Below, piece by piece: positions 12,530 through 25,249 of a DNA stretch of 64,000 bases; within the stretch, counting starts at the first letter, position 1; each line of letters opens with the position of its first letter. The position numbers and the translations under genes were made by a program. Under the pieces are notes generated by a model. It was not told the origin of the DNA. It made no database searches and was given only the letters and a program-made list of their open reading frames with translations. The DNA is from Vicugna vicugna (taxonomy: Eukaryota): contig MU062295.1 in NCBI GenBank assembly GCA_013265495.1, positions 2,297,880 to 2,361,879 on the forward strand, in the 5' to 3' direction.

Positions 12530-12719
12530 CATGGTTCTCAAAGTGTGCTCTCCCACCAGCAATGTCAGTGTCACCTAGGAACTTGCTAGAAATGCAGATT
12601 CTCCATCCCTACTCCAGACCTACTGAGTCAGAATCCCTGTGGATAGGTAGTTATAAAACTCTGTTTTAGTAAGCCCTCTGAGTGACTCAGACATAGGCTG
12701 AAGTTTGGGGACCACTGGC
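12530..12719. mobile_element. MER5A
   Basis: GGTTCTCAAAGTGTG...GAACTTGCTAGAAATGCAGATTCTC...GTTTGGGGACCACTG with inverted termini. Confidence 0.85.
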
Positions 12720-13259
12720 ATAACTGACACTAGAGTGGAGTTCAACTTGGGGTGTTTCTGCTGCCTTCTCTCAAGTCAAATGGGTCCACGCTTCAAACGA
12801 AGCCCCTTCAGAGCAGCGCGGTCCAGCCCCAACAGCGCGGTCCCTGGTGGCCCAGTAACCGCACCCCGTCTGGCGGGGTCCAGGGTGCTAGTGTCCCTGA
12901 GTTCAGCTGGTGCACGAGACAAGGTTGACATGACACCATCCAGTTATCACAGTTCTCTGTAATAAACAGACACGTGTTGTAAGAAAATAGACTTCATTAG
13001 AGAGCTGACAGCCTAGCAGTTTACATTGTTGAGTGTCATATGCAGGGAACCGCCAACAACATGTTCACTTCGAAAATTCAGAAAAAAACTGGCAAGGTCT
13101 CTGCTGTCAGTGTCCTGCTCCTGCCCTCGCCTGCGAGGGTCCTGCTCTTCGCGCCAGCCTGGACTCCTGCTAAGCCCGCAGTCCTGGGGTCGTATGTCAT
13201 GCCACCCCCGTGCCTTCACTCAGGCTGTCCTCCTCCCTGTGCCACCCTCCTCCCAACTC

Positions 13260-13415
13260 CCCACTCATTGAAGCCTGACCATCCCTCGTCACTCCGTCAC
13301 CCTTTCTCTCCTGAGAGCCTGGTGGGGCATCCCAGCGGACAACCGTCTCTTCTCCTCCCTTAGTTCTGCATCACCATTCTCTGCTTAATCATACTGTGTG
13401 ACCATCTTCTGTTTG
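13260..13415 (+). mobile_element. L2 fragment
   Basis: C/T-rich sequence resembling the L2 3' region. Confidence 0.35.
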
Positions 13416-13419
13416 GGGC

Positions 13420-13890
13420 AATTAAAAAAAATTTCATCTTTTAGAGCAGTTTTAGGTTCTCAGCAAAATTGAACGGAAGTACAGAGATTTCCCTTACACC
13501 CCCCACCTTCACACACAGCCTCCCCCACTATCAACACCTCCACCAGAGGGGACATTCGTGACAGTTGATGAACCCACACTGACACATCGCTGTCACCCGA
13601 TGTCCATACTTCACTTTATGGTCCCTCTCGGTATTGTCCATTCTGTGGGCTTGGATAAATGTATAATGACACATACCCATTACAGTATCATACTGTAATC
13701 ATTTCACTGTCCTAAAACTCTCTACCCTTTCATCCCTTCCTCCTCCCAAGCCCTGACAAACACAGATCTTTTCACTGTCTCTTTAGTTTTGCCTTTTCCA
13801 GATCCTCATATAGTCGGATTGGCTTCTTTCACTTAGTAATATGCATTTAAGTTTCCTCCATGTCTTTTCATAACTTGAAAGCTCATTTCT
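13420..13890 (-). mobile_element. L1MC-like 3' end
   Basis: TTTTAGAGCAGTTTTAGGTTCTCAGCAAAATTGA...; reverse-complement homolog of 4075-4655 and 20940-22070. Confidence 0.85.
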
Positions 13891-14817
13891 GGTCATTTCT
13901 ATTATATTATTATTTTGTCCTTACTTTGTAAAAATTTAACTCACAACTATTCTGTAAGCTCTGATTCATACGAGGTAGCAGAGGAAACACTATTCAAAAC
14001 CATGATTGTGACCACTTTCATATATTAGGACATGAATTATCTTCCAGTGAAGAAACACACCCTGTGCGCTTTGATAAGACTTTCGGTGAAACGGGGAGCT
14101 CTGGGAGGTAAAGGGGGAAATGGGGAATGAGCTCAGTTCTGCTTTGGAGGAAAGTGACTGGAATTCGGGGGTTGGAAGAAGCAATTAGCAGGCTGATGGC
14201 AGCTCCTGGGGAGGAACAAGCCCACGAAGATAGTGACAAGCCAGCGGCTTAAGGAAACATGGCTTGTGATTTCAATAAGGAGCAGGACATTGTGCCTGTA
14301 CTATGCTGTGCTCCAACTCCTCTGCATTAGACCAAACTTCGAATACAGGTGGGCTGCCTACACAGCCAAAGGCACAAACGAGGAGGGAATCGGGGCCCTG
14401 AAAGGCAGCGGGTGACATGAACAGGGAAGTCACCGCAGGACCTGACACCCTGGTCGGGGGTCGTGGGCTGAGCAGGGGACCACTAGCCCTCAGGACAGTC
14501 TCGGGAAATCCTGAGGAGGGCCCGGCTCTGCCAGGAGAGGAGACAGGACTCTGCTGATGAATCTGGATCCCAAGAAGAGGATGAGCCTGGTAGGCTGGAC
14601 CACCCAGAGTTCTGCTTGTGTCAGTTGCAGCCATGAAATGTCGACCAGGCAGATGCTACATTTGGCCTTTCTGGATCATTCTGCTGTGATGCTGGTCACA
14701 TAGGGGGAGAGGAGGAATTTGGGAATGTTTCCTGCCAGATGGTTTAGGGGATCCAGTGTACTAGTCAGACATCACAGTAAAAGGAATGAGCGCTGAGTAG
14801 ACTACAGGTGCCATGTA

Positions 14818-15664
14818 CAGTTGCCCCCTGCCCTTACCTGCAGTTTCACTTTCCAAGGTTGGATTCCCTGTAGCCAACTGTAGGCCGAAAATATTACATG
14901 GAAAGTTCCAGAAGCAAATGATTCATAAGCCTTAAACTGTGCTGCATTCTGAGTAGCGTGATGCGATCTGGAGCCATCCAGGTCTGTTCCTGCAGGCTGG
15001 GAATCGTCCCTCTGTCTAGCATAGCCCTCCTGTTAGTTGCGAAGTAGCCGGCTGGGTTATCAGATAGACTGTCATGGTATCGCAGTGCCCGTATTCTCGT
15101 CACCCTGATTTTACTGATAATGGCCCCAAAGCACAAGAGTAGTGAGGCTGGCAATTCAGATATGCCAAAGAGAAGCTGTAAAGTGCTTCTTTTAAGTGAA
15201 AGGTGAACTTCTTCAACTTAATAAGAGGCAAAACTATATGCTGAGGTGGTAAGATCTAAAGTAAGAATGAATCTTCTGTCCGTGAAATTGTGAAGAAGGA
15301 AGAAAGAAATTTATGTTAGTTTTGCTGTCACACCTCAAACGGCAGAAGTTATGGCCACCGTGCATAGTAAGTGCTTAGTTAAGATGGAAAAGGCATTAAG
15401 TTTGTACAGTAAGGTATTTTGAGAGACCACATTCTCATAACTTTTATTACATTATATTATTATAATTGTTTGCTATAATTGTTCTATTTTATTACTAGTT
15501 TATGTGGTTAATCTCTTACTGTTTCTAATTTATAAATTAAACTATCGCAGTTATATAGGTATAAGAAAAAAACATAGTATATATAACGCTGGGTACCATC
15601 CGTGGTGCTAGGCATCCACCAGGGGTCGTGGAATGTATCTCCCTCAGATAAGTGGGGACTACTA
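14818..15664 (+). mobile_element. Tigger7/MER44-type TcMar DNA transposon deletion derivative with transposase relic
   Basis: TA TSDs (14816-17, 15665-66); termini CAGTTGCCCCC / GGGGACTACTA; from ATG 15120 reads MAPKHKSSEAGNSDMPKRSCKVLLLSER*, later KCLVKMEKALSLY. Confidence 0.88.
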
Positions 15665-16074
15665 TATTCATTATTTTCCAAATAGCCAAAACAGGAACTG
15701 AACTGCCTTGACACCTTTTCAGACTAAAATGATCACAGCCATGATCACAGAGAACTTTGGGTCCACAAACACCCATGTTTCTATGCATTAATGGACTGAG
15801 GGTCTGTTTCCAAGGCAAATCTGGCCCTGCTGGCCCATGTGCCCTCACCTTTTCTAAGCCAAGGTCATGAGCACCTTCAGGTCAAGCCTTGAACACATCT
15901 GTCAGTCTTATCCTGTCTTGGCTGATGGGGAAAGCACACCACTCCACACTGACACACCGTGCAGAACACCTGCCCCCCAGGAACTTGTCAGGATTTAGAC
16001 ATTTTCTTGAACTCATTGCTGCCTAAGATTTGACAAAGACCATCCCCAGGATGCTGAGTCTAACCAGTTTTCCA

Positions 16075-16327
16075 GAGCGACAGAGGGGCCGGGGCACAGG
16101 CTCCAGAGCCTGTCTGCCTGGCTATGAATCCTGGCTATGGATCGTGAGCTCAGGTACCTTAGTAGCTTTCTTAGCCTGTTTTCTGGGCCTCAGTTTCCTC
16201 ATCTGCAAAATGGGATGATCATATCGTCACTCTCATGTGGTTGTGGTGAGACTTAAATGAGGCAGTACACGCGGAGGGCTCAGCGCTCTCACTGGCCCTG
16301 GGGATGCTCAGTAAGCGTCAGCTATTA
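16075..16327 (+). mobile_element. MIR (near full length)
   Basis: GGGCCTCAGTTTCCTCATCTGCAAAATGGG core. Confidence 0.85.
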
Positions 16328-16759
16328 TCGCCCTGGGGAAGTCACAACTGCCCAGAGCGCCTTGCCTAGACTCTATTACGCTGGCTCTCCATGGAACGCT
16401 TCCGGTTGGATTATGCTGTGGCTTGTTGCCATTGGCCTCTTTTAAGGGACAGCCAGTGGCACTTGGTCTCTAGGTTTACTCTGAAGTTGTCAGGGACACC
16501 ATTTATAACATCGCAGTGTCCTCCTTGGAAGGACTCAAGAGAGATCTTCTCATCTAAGCCAGAGAAGCTGCCCCTCCAGAGCACACTGGTTTCCTCTTAT
16601 GAGCGCTGCGAATGATTTAACAACCAGGTGTCTCTCCTCCCGCTGGTCCGGAGGAAGTAAGAACAACTTTGTGATGGGTATTTCTGTACGGGCCTCACAT
16701 CTGGCTTCATCCCATGATCCTGCCCCTTTGTTTTCCCTCCATTGCATCATTCTCCACCT

Positions 16760-16900
16760 GGTAATAATAACCATCCACTGAGCACTGACCGTGCGCCAGA
16801 CTTGCTCTGGGAACTTTATGTGAACTGCCGTCAATGTTCACCCAGTTCTACCAGGAAGACATCATTTCCCATTTAAAGATGAAAAGCCTGGGTGCAGGAC
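16760..16900 (-). mobile_element. MIR
   Basis: ACTGAGCACTGACCGTGCGCCAG...CCCATTTAAAGATGAAAAG. Confidence 0.6.
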
Positions 16901-17419
16901 ACTGATGGGATGTGTCTGGTCCCTGGGAAGAGGAGTTGGGAGAGCAGGGATTCCAGCCACACTGTCACACACGCCTTTCCCGGGTGTGAGGCACTTGTGT
17001 GTACTGTCAGAAATCCTTTAGGAAGCAAGGCATGCTATAAGTAAGTAAACAAATCACACTTAAATGGTGTCTTCCCTTTCTAATTCCTTTATTTTCCTGG
17101 TAGGGCTTTGATTGTGGTGTCTGTAGCTTCACAGCCTTCCAAAAGTCCCAGGATACCCTGACCAACTGCCCTGAGGTGAAATAGAGAGCAGGAGGCACCA
17201 AAAGCACAAGTGAATTCTGCTGCTGGTGCCATAGATGTGATTTGTTGATCACTCTCCTCCAGGCCCCAGAAGCAACACCAGGTCTGATGGGGTTAGCACT
17301 CTGTGTCATGCCTCTAGTTGTTTCAGATCAGTTACATTATCATACTCGGTCCTCGGTTCTCCCCATGTGAAGTGTGGGATTGGGGGATGTTCCCACATGT
17401 CCCTGGAGGAGGTAGCATG

Positions 17420-17520
17420 GCATGGCTGATAAGACCCTGCATTTGAATTCAGGACTAACTACTTCCTCTCACTGTGCCTCAGTTTCCTTATCTGTAAAAT
17501 GGGTACCATAATAATACTAA
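17420..17520 (+). mobile_element. MIR
   Basis: GTGCCTCAGTTTCCTTATCTGTAAAATGGG. Confidence 0.75.
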
Positions 17521-17539
17521 AACCGCCTGATGGGGAGGT

Positions 17540-17780
17540 ACTGTAGTATATTAGTTAAGAATACAGAGCCCAGTGATCTTAGTTTGAATCCAGGATCTGA
17601 CATTAGCCAAATGACCCTGATCAAGTTACTGAACGTTCCTGAACTCTTCTTCATCTGTAAAATGAAGACACTGATTGTTACTACTTGAGAGAAATACCAG
17701 GGAATAACATTAATATTTACTGAAAATTTTAAAACTATGCTTGGTACATAGCACCATGTAAACTGTTAGTTATTACTATT
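17540..17780 (+). mobile_element. MIR
   Basis: TAGTTAAGAATACAG...TTTGAATCCAGG...CATCTGTAAAATG...ACATAG. Confidence 0.75.
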
Positions 17781-18589
17781 ACTGTGCATGCAATGTGCTT
17801 AGAGTGGCTGGAATTGATGTTAGCTAGTATCCCCTCCCTGGTTATTAAGACTGAACCATCAGCAGCACTCTGGGAAACCGTGGTCTCCTCCAGGATGTGC
17901 AAGGGCAGGAACTCCTGAGCAGCTCTTCTCATGGGAAGCTGAGTGCAAATCCTCCCAGTTACTCTGGCCTTGCTGAAGCACGGAGGGAAGGCTGGAAGGA
18001 GAGAGGCGGGTGAAGACAAATCATCTTAGATGCAGCTGAACGAGGCTTTCTCAGCTCAAGACAGAGAGCCTCACCTTTGAATCTCCAAACTAAATACACC
18101 CGCAAACTCGGCTCTAAGCAGTACGCAGACAAATGAGCTCCAAGACCTAAGGACTGAGGATGTGTTTCTGATGTAAGATCACATGAACAAATAGAGCCCA
18201 TTCTTCTTCCTTTTCCAAGTGACTCAGCCTGGGAACAAGAGGTCAACAGTGGGTGAAGCAGGGGTGAGGCTGCCTCCCAAGGGGGCCCACACCAGCCTTT
18301 CCTCCCCCTGCTCCTCACAGCACCTTTCCTCCCCTCTGCCCTCCTCCATCATCTTCTCTTATGATCACACCTCCAGGCACAGAAAGTTACCTTGGCAAAT
18401 TGGAGATGAGGTCAGAAATAGACATGGGGCATTTACTGAGAAGCATTTCTAAGGAGAGAAAACAAACTATAGAAACAGGTGCTCTAGTAGAACAAGAAGA
18501 GGATTCTAAGGTTTCAGGTAAAGAAATAAACATGATAGAGAAAAACACAAATAGGGGAATAGGATCTGAGAATCAGGAAGTATGATCCT

Positions 18590-18725
18590 GTTTATTATTT
18601 AACATTTCTTAAATGCTCGCTGTGTGCCAAGCATACATGCATCATCTCATCTGATCTTTGGAGAAAGGTGGATAGTATGAGCCTAATCGCTTTATAGGTG
18701 GGGAAACTGAAGTTTAGAGAGGATT
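18590..18725 (-). mobile_element. MIR
   Basis: TGTGTGCCAAGC...ATAGGTGGGGAAACTGAAG. Confidence 0.6.
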
Positions 18726-18849
18726 GGAGATTTGCCTGCTTGTTGCTGTGCCCAGTGTAAATCAGGAAAGATGGAAGATTTGGGGAAAAATCCATTAGAT
18801 AAAGAAAGGATCTAAAATTCCTCTCCTTACAAGAGAAGAGGCCAGCCTT

Positions 18850-19100
18850 TCTCAGGTTCCTTCCTCTTGTCAAGGATGCAGATGCAATGGTTGGTGCTCC
18901 AGCAGTCATTCTGTACCCTGATGTGACCTTGAGAAATGGAGCCACACCCTAAGATGTGGAGCATCAAGTTAGACATGAGGGCCCATGACATGATAGAGCC
19001 ACCATACCAGTCCTGGACTGCCTATCTCTGAATTTCTCTTAAATAGAGGAGAAATATACTTTTATCTTATTAAAGCTACTATTATAGTAGCTTTCCCATC
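18850..19100 (+). mobile_element. Old MLT1 LTR fragment
   Basis: CCACCATACCAGTCCTGGACTGCCTATCTCTG...TATCTTATTAAAGCTACT. Confidence 0.6.
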
Positions 19101-19109
19101 ACATAGAAT

Positions 19110-19382
19110 AAATTCAGTTATGACAGATGGACCGAGACTTCTGCTGACATCCAGCTTGCAAGTATAAAGGCAGACTTGGAATAAAACTGATACCATGGGT
19201 AGCAGGGCAGAAACAAAAAGAAACTGGATCTTTCAATGTATCATGGAGCTGCTGGGTCAAGCTTTTCCTGAAGCTAATTTTATCACAGGACTTTACAGTT
19301 CTGTGAATCAATAAGTTCGATTTTTCAAAGCTAGCTGAAGTTGGGATTTTACAACTTGTAACAAATCATCCTAGTGGATACA
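19110..19382 (+). mobile_element. Second old MLT1 LTR fragment
   Basis: GAGCTGCTGG...CCTGAAGC...GCTGAAGTTGGGATTTT...ending in ATACA. Confidence 0.5.
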
Positions 19383-19539
19383 TGCTCAATAACACTCCTT
19401 AGGAGATAACACATTAGCACAGTATTTCCTTTCCAAGGTAAGCAGTATAAGCAGAAGTGTATTTAAAATGCATTTGGGCTATCCTTACAGTGGAATCATC
19501 AAACACACAAACAGGGCTGAATGATTTTTTTAATCATTT

Positions 19540-19750
19540 AACATTTAACATTTATTGAATCCCTACTAGGGACCAGGTATTTGATGTAAATTTTCATTCA
19601 TCCCTACATCAGTGCTGAATGGCAGACATTATTATTTCAGTTTTGCAAATGAAGAGATCAAGGCCTAGAGGTTTAAGTTTGTCATCCAAGGTCTTGTAAC
19701 TAATAAGGACACAGCTAGGACTGGAACCCAGGCCTGCAGGGGTCTCACAC
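19540..19750 (-). mobile_element. MIR
   Basis: CATTTATTGAATCCCTACT...TTTTGCAAATGAAGAGATCAAGGCCTAGAGG...GGAACCCAGG. Confidence 0.7.
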
Positions 19751-20939
19751 CCAGGACGTCTGCACTGCCCAGACACCTGGCTGCAGATCCTTCTAGTCCT
19801 AACATTCTGCATCTCCTGTTTCTTAATCTTTGCCCTTCGAAACCTCACAGCATGGACAGTTTTGAAGAGCATCTGTATCTGTCTCACCTGCGTGGGTGAC
19901 CAGCATCTTCCTGGTCAAAGGTACACTTGTCTCCTCTCTTTCTTGCCCCGCCTTGCCCTCTCCCACTCTCTGGTTCTCTCTGGGGAATGTGCACTTGGCC
20001 ATGTTGACTGTTCTTTCTTGGGACTAGAGAGTGTGGTGAGAGCTCCCGTCCTAGATACTGGCTCCAGCTCGTTGTCTGTCTTAAATTCTACTGTCTCACC
20101 TCGGCTCAAAGTCTGAACTTCCTTTTCATTTAAGATTTACAGTTGGGCCTTATGCTCTAGAATGACCTTGGCACCGGCACCAGCCAAGTGCAGATGTAGC
20201 ACATCCAGACTGAAAGTGTGTGATATGCAATTCACACTGGGTCTTTGGGCCCTATTTTTTGCCTATGAATAGACACACTGAAGAGTTTCATTTAATATTT
20301 ATTGAAGTTTGTCTTGTTCATGTCATGTTCATTGGCTGATATAGGTACTTCGGTATAAGCTAATGCTGATTCCAAGTGTGAAATCATGTGAGGTGTGCTA
20401 CCTGTGACTGGAGGCTATTTAGAAATGAGCCCCTTCTGTTAAATATTCTTAAACATTTCAAAGCTTTAAAAAAAAAAAGACAGATAAATAAAATAAAATT
20501 TCTTTCCCTTCGCCAAATAGCCATATTTCTTCTTTGAATAAGTCACTTCACGATCACCAAATGAGGTAGTATTAGGAAAAGTGGCATATAAAAGAATATA
20601 TAAATATTAGTCGCTAACATTTCTTTAATGACTAATGACATTCTGTCTTCCCGGACAAGTCAGAATCTCAAGCTTTCTATACATATACCACTGGAATATG
20701 ATTTATTGTGGAAATCTCACTACACAAAATGCTATCCAAGCAAGTCTCCCAAATAAACCAATTCTCTAATGTTTACCACTCCCATGGTCCACTTAAGAGC
20801 TTCACTAGTAACAAATAACAGAAGCAACGGGCATTTTTCTACATCCAGGAAATAGGTATTTCCAAATAAGCAACTTAAAAGCAAGAAATTCAGCCTTAAA
20901 TATATTTTATACGTCCATACCACATCTAGCAGAGCATAC

Positions 20940-22070
20940 TATTAAAATAGTGTACATTCGAGAAATTGAGACAAGAAGCCACAGACTGGGAGAAAATATT
21001 TGCAAAAGACACGTCAGATAAAGGACTTTTATCCAAAACAAAGAACTTCTAAAACTCAACCATAAGAAATCAAAAAACTCAATTTTAAAAATCGATATAA
21101 ACAGACATCTCACCAAAGAAGATATACAGGTGGCAAATTAGCATACAAAAAGATTCTCAATTTCTTATGTCATTAGGGAATTACAGATTAAAACAACAGT
21201 GAGCTACCTTTCCATACCTATTAGCATGGCCAAAATCTAGAACACTGACATCACCAAATGTTGGCCAGGACACAGAGCAATATTCCACATCCTCCCATTC
21301 ATCGCTAGTGGGAATGCAAAATGGTACAGTCACTTCAGAAGACAGTTTGGCAGCTTCTTGCAAAACTAAATATACTCTTCCTATGTGATCCAGCAATCNN
21401 NNNNNNNNNNNNNNNNNNNNNNNNNNNNNNNNNNNNNNNNNNNNNNNNNNNNNNNNNNNNNNNNNNNNNNNNNNNNNNNNNNNNNNNNNNNNNNNNNNNN
21501 NNNNNNNNNNNNNNNNNNNNNNNNNNNNNNNNNNNNNNNNNNNNNNNNNNNNNNNNNNNNNNNNNNNNNNNNNNNNNNNNNNNNNNNNNNNNNNNNNNNN
21601 NNNNNNNNNNNNNNNNNNNNNNNNNNNNNNNNNNNNNNNNNNNNNNNNNNNNNNNNNNNNNNNNNNNNNNNNNNNNNNNNNNNNNNNNNNNNNNNNNNNN
21701 NNNNNNNNNNNNNNNNNNNNNNNNNNNNNNNNNNNNNNNNNNNGCTAGGGGTGAGGCAGTGAGAGGGATAAACAGGCAGAGCACCGAGGATTTTAGGTAA
21801 GTGAAACTATTTTGTACGATTGTATAATGGTGGATGCATATCATTGTACCTTTGTCCAAATCTACAGAATGGCAACACCAAAAGTGAACCATAAATGTGA
21901 AGGATGGACTTTGGGTGACAGTGATGTGTCAGTGGAGGTTTATCAATTGTAACAAATGTCCCCTCTGGTGGGGGACATTGCTAGTGAAGCAGGCTGTGCA
22001 CATGGGAACTCTTTACTTTCTATTATATTTTGCTATGAACTTAAAACTATTCTAAAATAAATAAATAAAT
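20940..22070 (+). mobile_element. L1MC-like ORF2 end and 3' UTR
   Basis: CAGACTGGGAGAAAATATTTGCAAAAGAC...TGTGATCCAGCAATC; N block 21399-21743; A-rich end. Confidence 0.88.
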
Positions 22071-22974
22071 ACAGTCAGTTTCACCAGGTAATAGCAAAGG
22101 CTCGACCAAAGCCAATTCGAACTAAAGACGCCACCATATGCCTTCATTATCCTGAAGGAGGATAGCGGAGGCTCTTTTTCTGAAATGCAAGAAGTAATAC
22201 ATTTCCACTGGACACAACCATGGAAATAGACTAGAGAAGTTTCTGTAACCCTGGAAACAAAGCCAGATATATCATTTCAGTCTAAAGGGCAGATTCTAAA
22301 GAGCCCCAGCGCTATGAAACGCCATTGTTAATGCTGCACGTGTAGTTTCCATGCTACACATGCCAGTCGTGGGAGGTGTGGCAGCAAAGTCCGGATGGAA
22401 AGATCAGTCCCTCTGGTCCGAAATTAAATAAGTGTGGGAGAACGTTTAGTGCGAATTATTTCTCTTCTGAAGCTTAGAAAGGTATTTTCTGACCGGTCAG
22501 AAAGGCCCTTTACAACTGCTGCCGGCTAAAAGACTAAAAGAAACAACCCCATGGGGAAAATAATTGTCCTTCCTCAAGACTTCTGAGGAAGTTTGTGATC
22601 ATCAACATGAAAGTGGACGCAAATAGCTTACACATCATGCTAGACACTGCAGTTTGGAGGTTCATATTTAAATGAAAATAACCATATAGTCCAGCCCCCT
22701 CCCTCCTTTTTAGAAGCTCTACCAAGACCCAGACTTACAATTTTGGGTTCTTTGAAAGGACCTTGAAAGGCATTTAGTCTAACTTGCAACCCAATGCATG
22801 AATCTCTTCTACGACAGAAACCATCTTGCTACCTTTGCTTAGGGAGAGAGAATTTGCTTTTCTCTAACACCCCTCATTCCACTGGGAGGACATTTTTGCT
22901 TATTGTTAGCAAATCCTGCCTCCATCCAACTCCCAATCACTGGGGTTTGCCTGCCCTCTAGAACCGGAGAATCG

Positions 22975-23160
22975 GAATATTCCTCTTCCTGGCTCTAGCC
23001 CTGATTTGCTGTGGGACCTTCAGCAAGTTACTCAATTCCTCTGTGCCTCTGATGTATCCATTAAAAGGGAGATGATACCTCCTAGGGTGGAAATGAGGCT
23101 GACATATTAGCAGGATGCCTAGCTTATGATCAGCAGTCCATAATTATTAGCATTTATTAT
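22975..23160 (+). mobile_element. MIR
   Basis: GCTGTGGGACCTTCAGCAAGTTACTCAATTCCTCTGTGCCTC. Confidence 0.65.
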
Positions 23161-23894
23161 AATTAGGTGTTGTAAACAACCACCCTTCCAATAGCTATGA
23201 AACAGTGATTCTATCATAAGGTTTGCAAGGAGTAGAGCCATTCAGATGACCTCAGTCAGTGATTGACAGTCTTCCTGTGGATGGCCAGATTTGGGGGCTA
23301 CACACTTCAAGGGTTTAAATGACATCCACAATTATCCTGGGATCCACCTGGTCCCCTTCTGCATCACTATTTGGATTTGACCTCACTTCCCCAACAGACA
23401 AAGTTCTCACATGTTCTTATTTCTTTGGCACCAGCTTGCCAGGAGGTTCCACCTTTAACTCCTGACCTCTGACCCACAGCAAGCTGGACTCTGGCTGTGC
23501 ACCAATTCACGGTAGTGCTCAGTTTAGCAATCTCACTTTCTGGAATTGCATAACAACAGAGACGCTAAAAAAAAAAAAGTCTTACATGTTGCCAAAATTT
23601 GGCAGCACACACTTGGGGAGAATTTGAGGCTGTGCAGGAGACTACCATGCATCAGTTGAGAAGCACTGTCTTAATTAAAAGGACTTTATCTGGGGGCCCC
23701 CCTAAGATACAGAGGAATCCAGACTCTCCACCGCAAAGCCAGGCCTCGTGGAGACCAGAGCTCCATCCAGGAGCTGGAAGGTTGCTTAGGATACAATGTG
23801 GCTCTAACAACTGGGTTGTAACAGTAAATAAAATTGCCATCTGTTGCGCTCTTAATATGGGCCAGGCACCATGCCAAGCATTTTACAAGTGCTA

Positions 23895-25025
23895 GCTATC
23901 TTTGTTTTAAATCTGTTTAAATTGTGGAATAAAATACTCTTAGATTAAAGTGTTGAAAACAAATGTACAGCATCATGAACAATCACAAAGCAAACACTTG
24001 TCTAACTACCTCCTCGGTGAAGAAATAGATTACCTCCAAGCACAGCAGAATCCCCCTCCCCTGGGGACTCCCTCTTGGCCCCAGAGCCCTCCCATCCCCC
24101 AGAAGCAGCCACTCTTCTGACTTTTGTAGTAATCTCTTCTTTACTTTTCTTTATAGTTTTCTCAACAATATATGCCATACAACAGAATCTGTACAGTATA
24201 GTTTATAGTTTAGTTTTGCTTATTTTTAAGGTAAAATTATATACTATGTATTATTTCTTTGGTTTAACATTGTGTTTATAAGAGTCATTCATACAGTTCC
24301 CTATAGCATAGCTCATTCATTTTCAGGGCTGTAGAGTACTCCATGTGTGACTCTATCACAGCCTGCTTATTCATTCTACAAGTGATGGCTATCTGCATTG
24401 ATTCTAGCATGAGGCCATGAACAGAGCTCTGGCCACGAAGTTGCATATGTCCCAGTGTACATGAGACATTCCTCTTAGGTACCTCCAGGAATAGAATTGT
24501 TGGTGATGGAACGTGCATGTGTTCGGTTTTACTAGATAAATGCCAGGTGTTTTTCCAAAATAGTTCTACTCATCTACATCCCACCCCCCACAGCATAAGG
24601 ATTTCCTGTTGCTCCACATCCTCACCAACACTTAATGTTATCCGATTGTTCAAATTTTGTCAATCTGATGTGTGTGTGTAGTTTTAATAACTATTTAAAC
24701 TTTAAATACAATAACTCATACTTCGTACATTCACCTCTATCTTATGACGTTAGCTTAACATTGTGTTTATAGAATTCATCCTTGTAATTGCCTGTGGAAT
24801 CTCACTGTATTTCCCTTGTTATTAATGAGATTGATCACATTTTCATATATTTTTTAGCGATGTTAATATCCTTTTTTGGAAAGTGCTTGTTCAAATCTTT
24901 TGCTTGTTTTTCTACTGGGTTGGCTGTCTTTTTCTTATTTATCTGTAGATTTTTTTTTCAACTTTTAATTCTGGATGCTGGTTCTCTGATGGTTTCATGT
25001 GTTACAAATATCTCATGTATATCTA
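23895..25025 (-). mobile_element. L1ME-type 3' region
   Basis: TTCCTGTTGCTCCACATCCTCACCAACACTT...GGAAAGTGCTTGTTCAAATCTTTTGC; interrupted at about 24680-24800. Confidence 0.8.
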
Positions 25026-25249
25026 TTTAAGCCTTACAACAAGCCTGATAAATAAATACCATGGTGTCTATTTTATAGTTGAGGGGAACAGAGCAGTGCC
25101 TTAGAAAAGTCTAGTGACTTCTTCAAGGTCATCCAGCTAATCAGCATCAGAGGTGGAAAATCAAATGCAGATCCACTCAGCTTGAAAGCTGGCTCTAAAC
25201 CACTTGGCTGTGGTCAGGGCTGGGGACCACCAGCCCCTCTTTACTGCTC

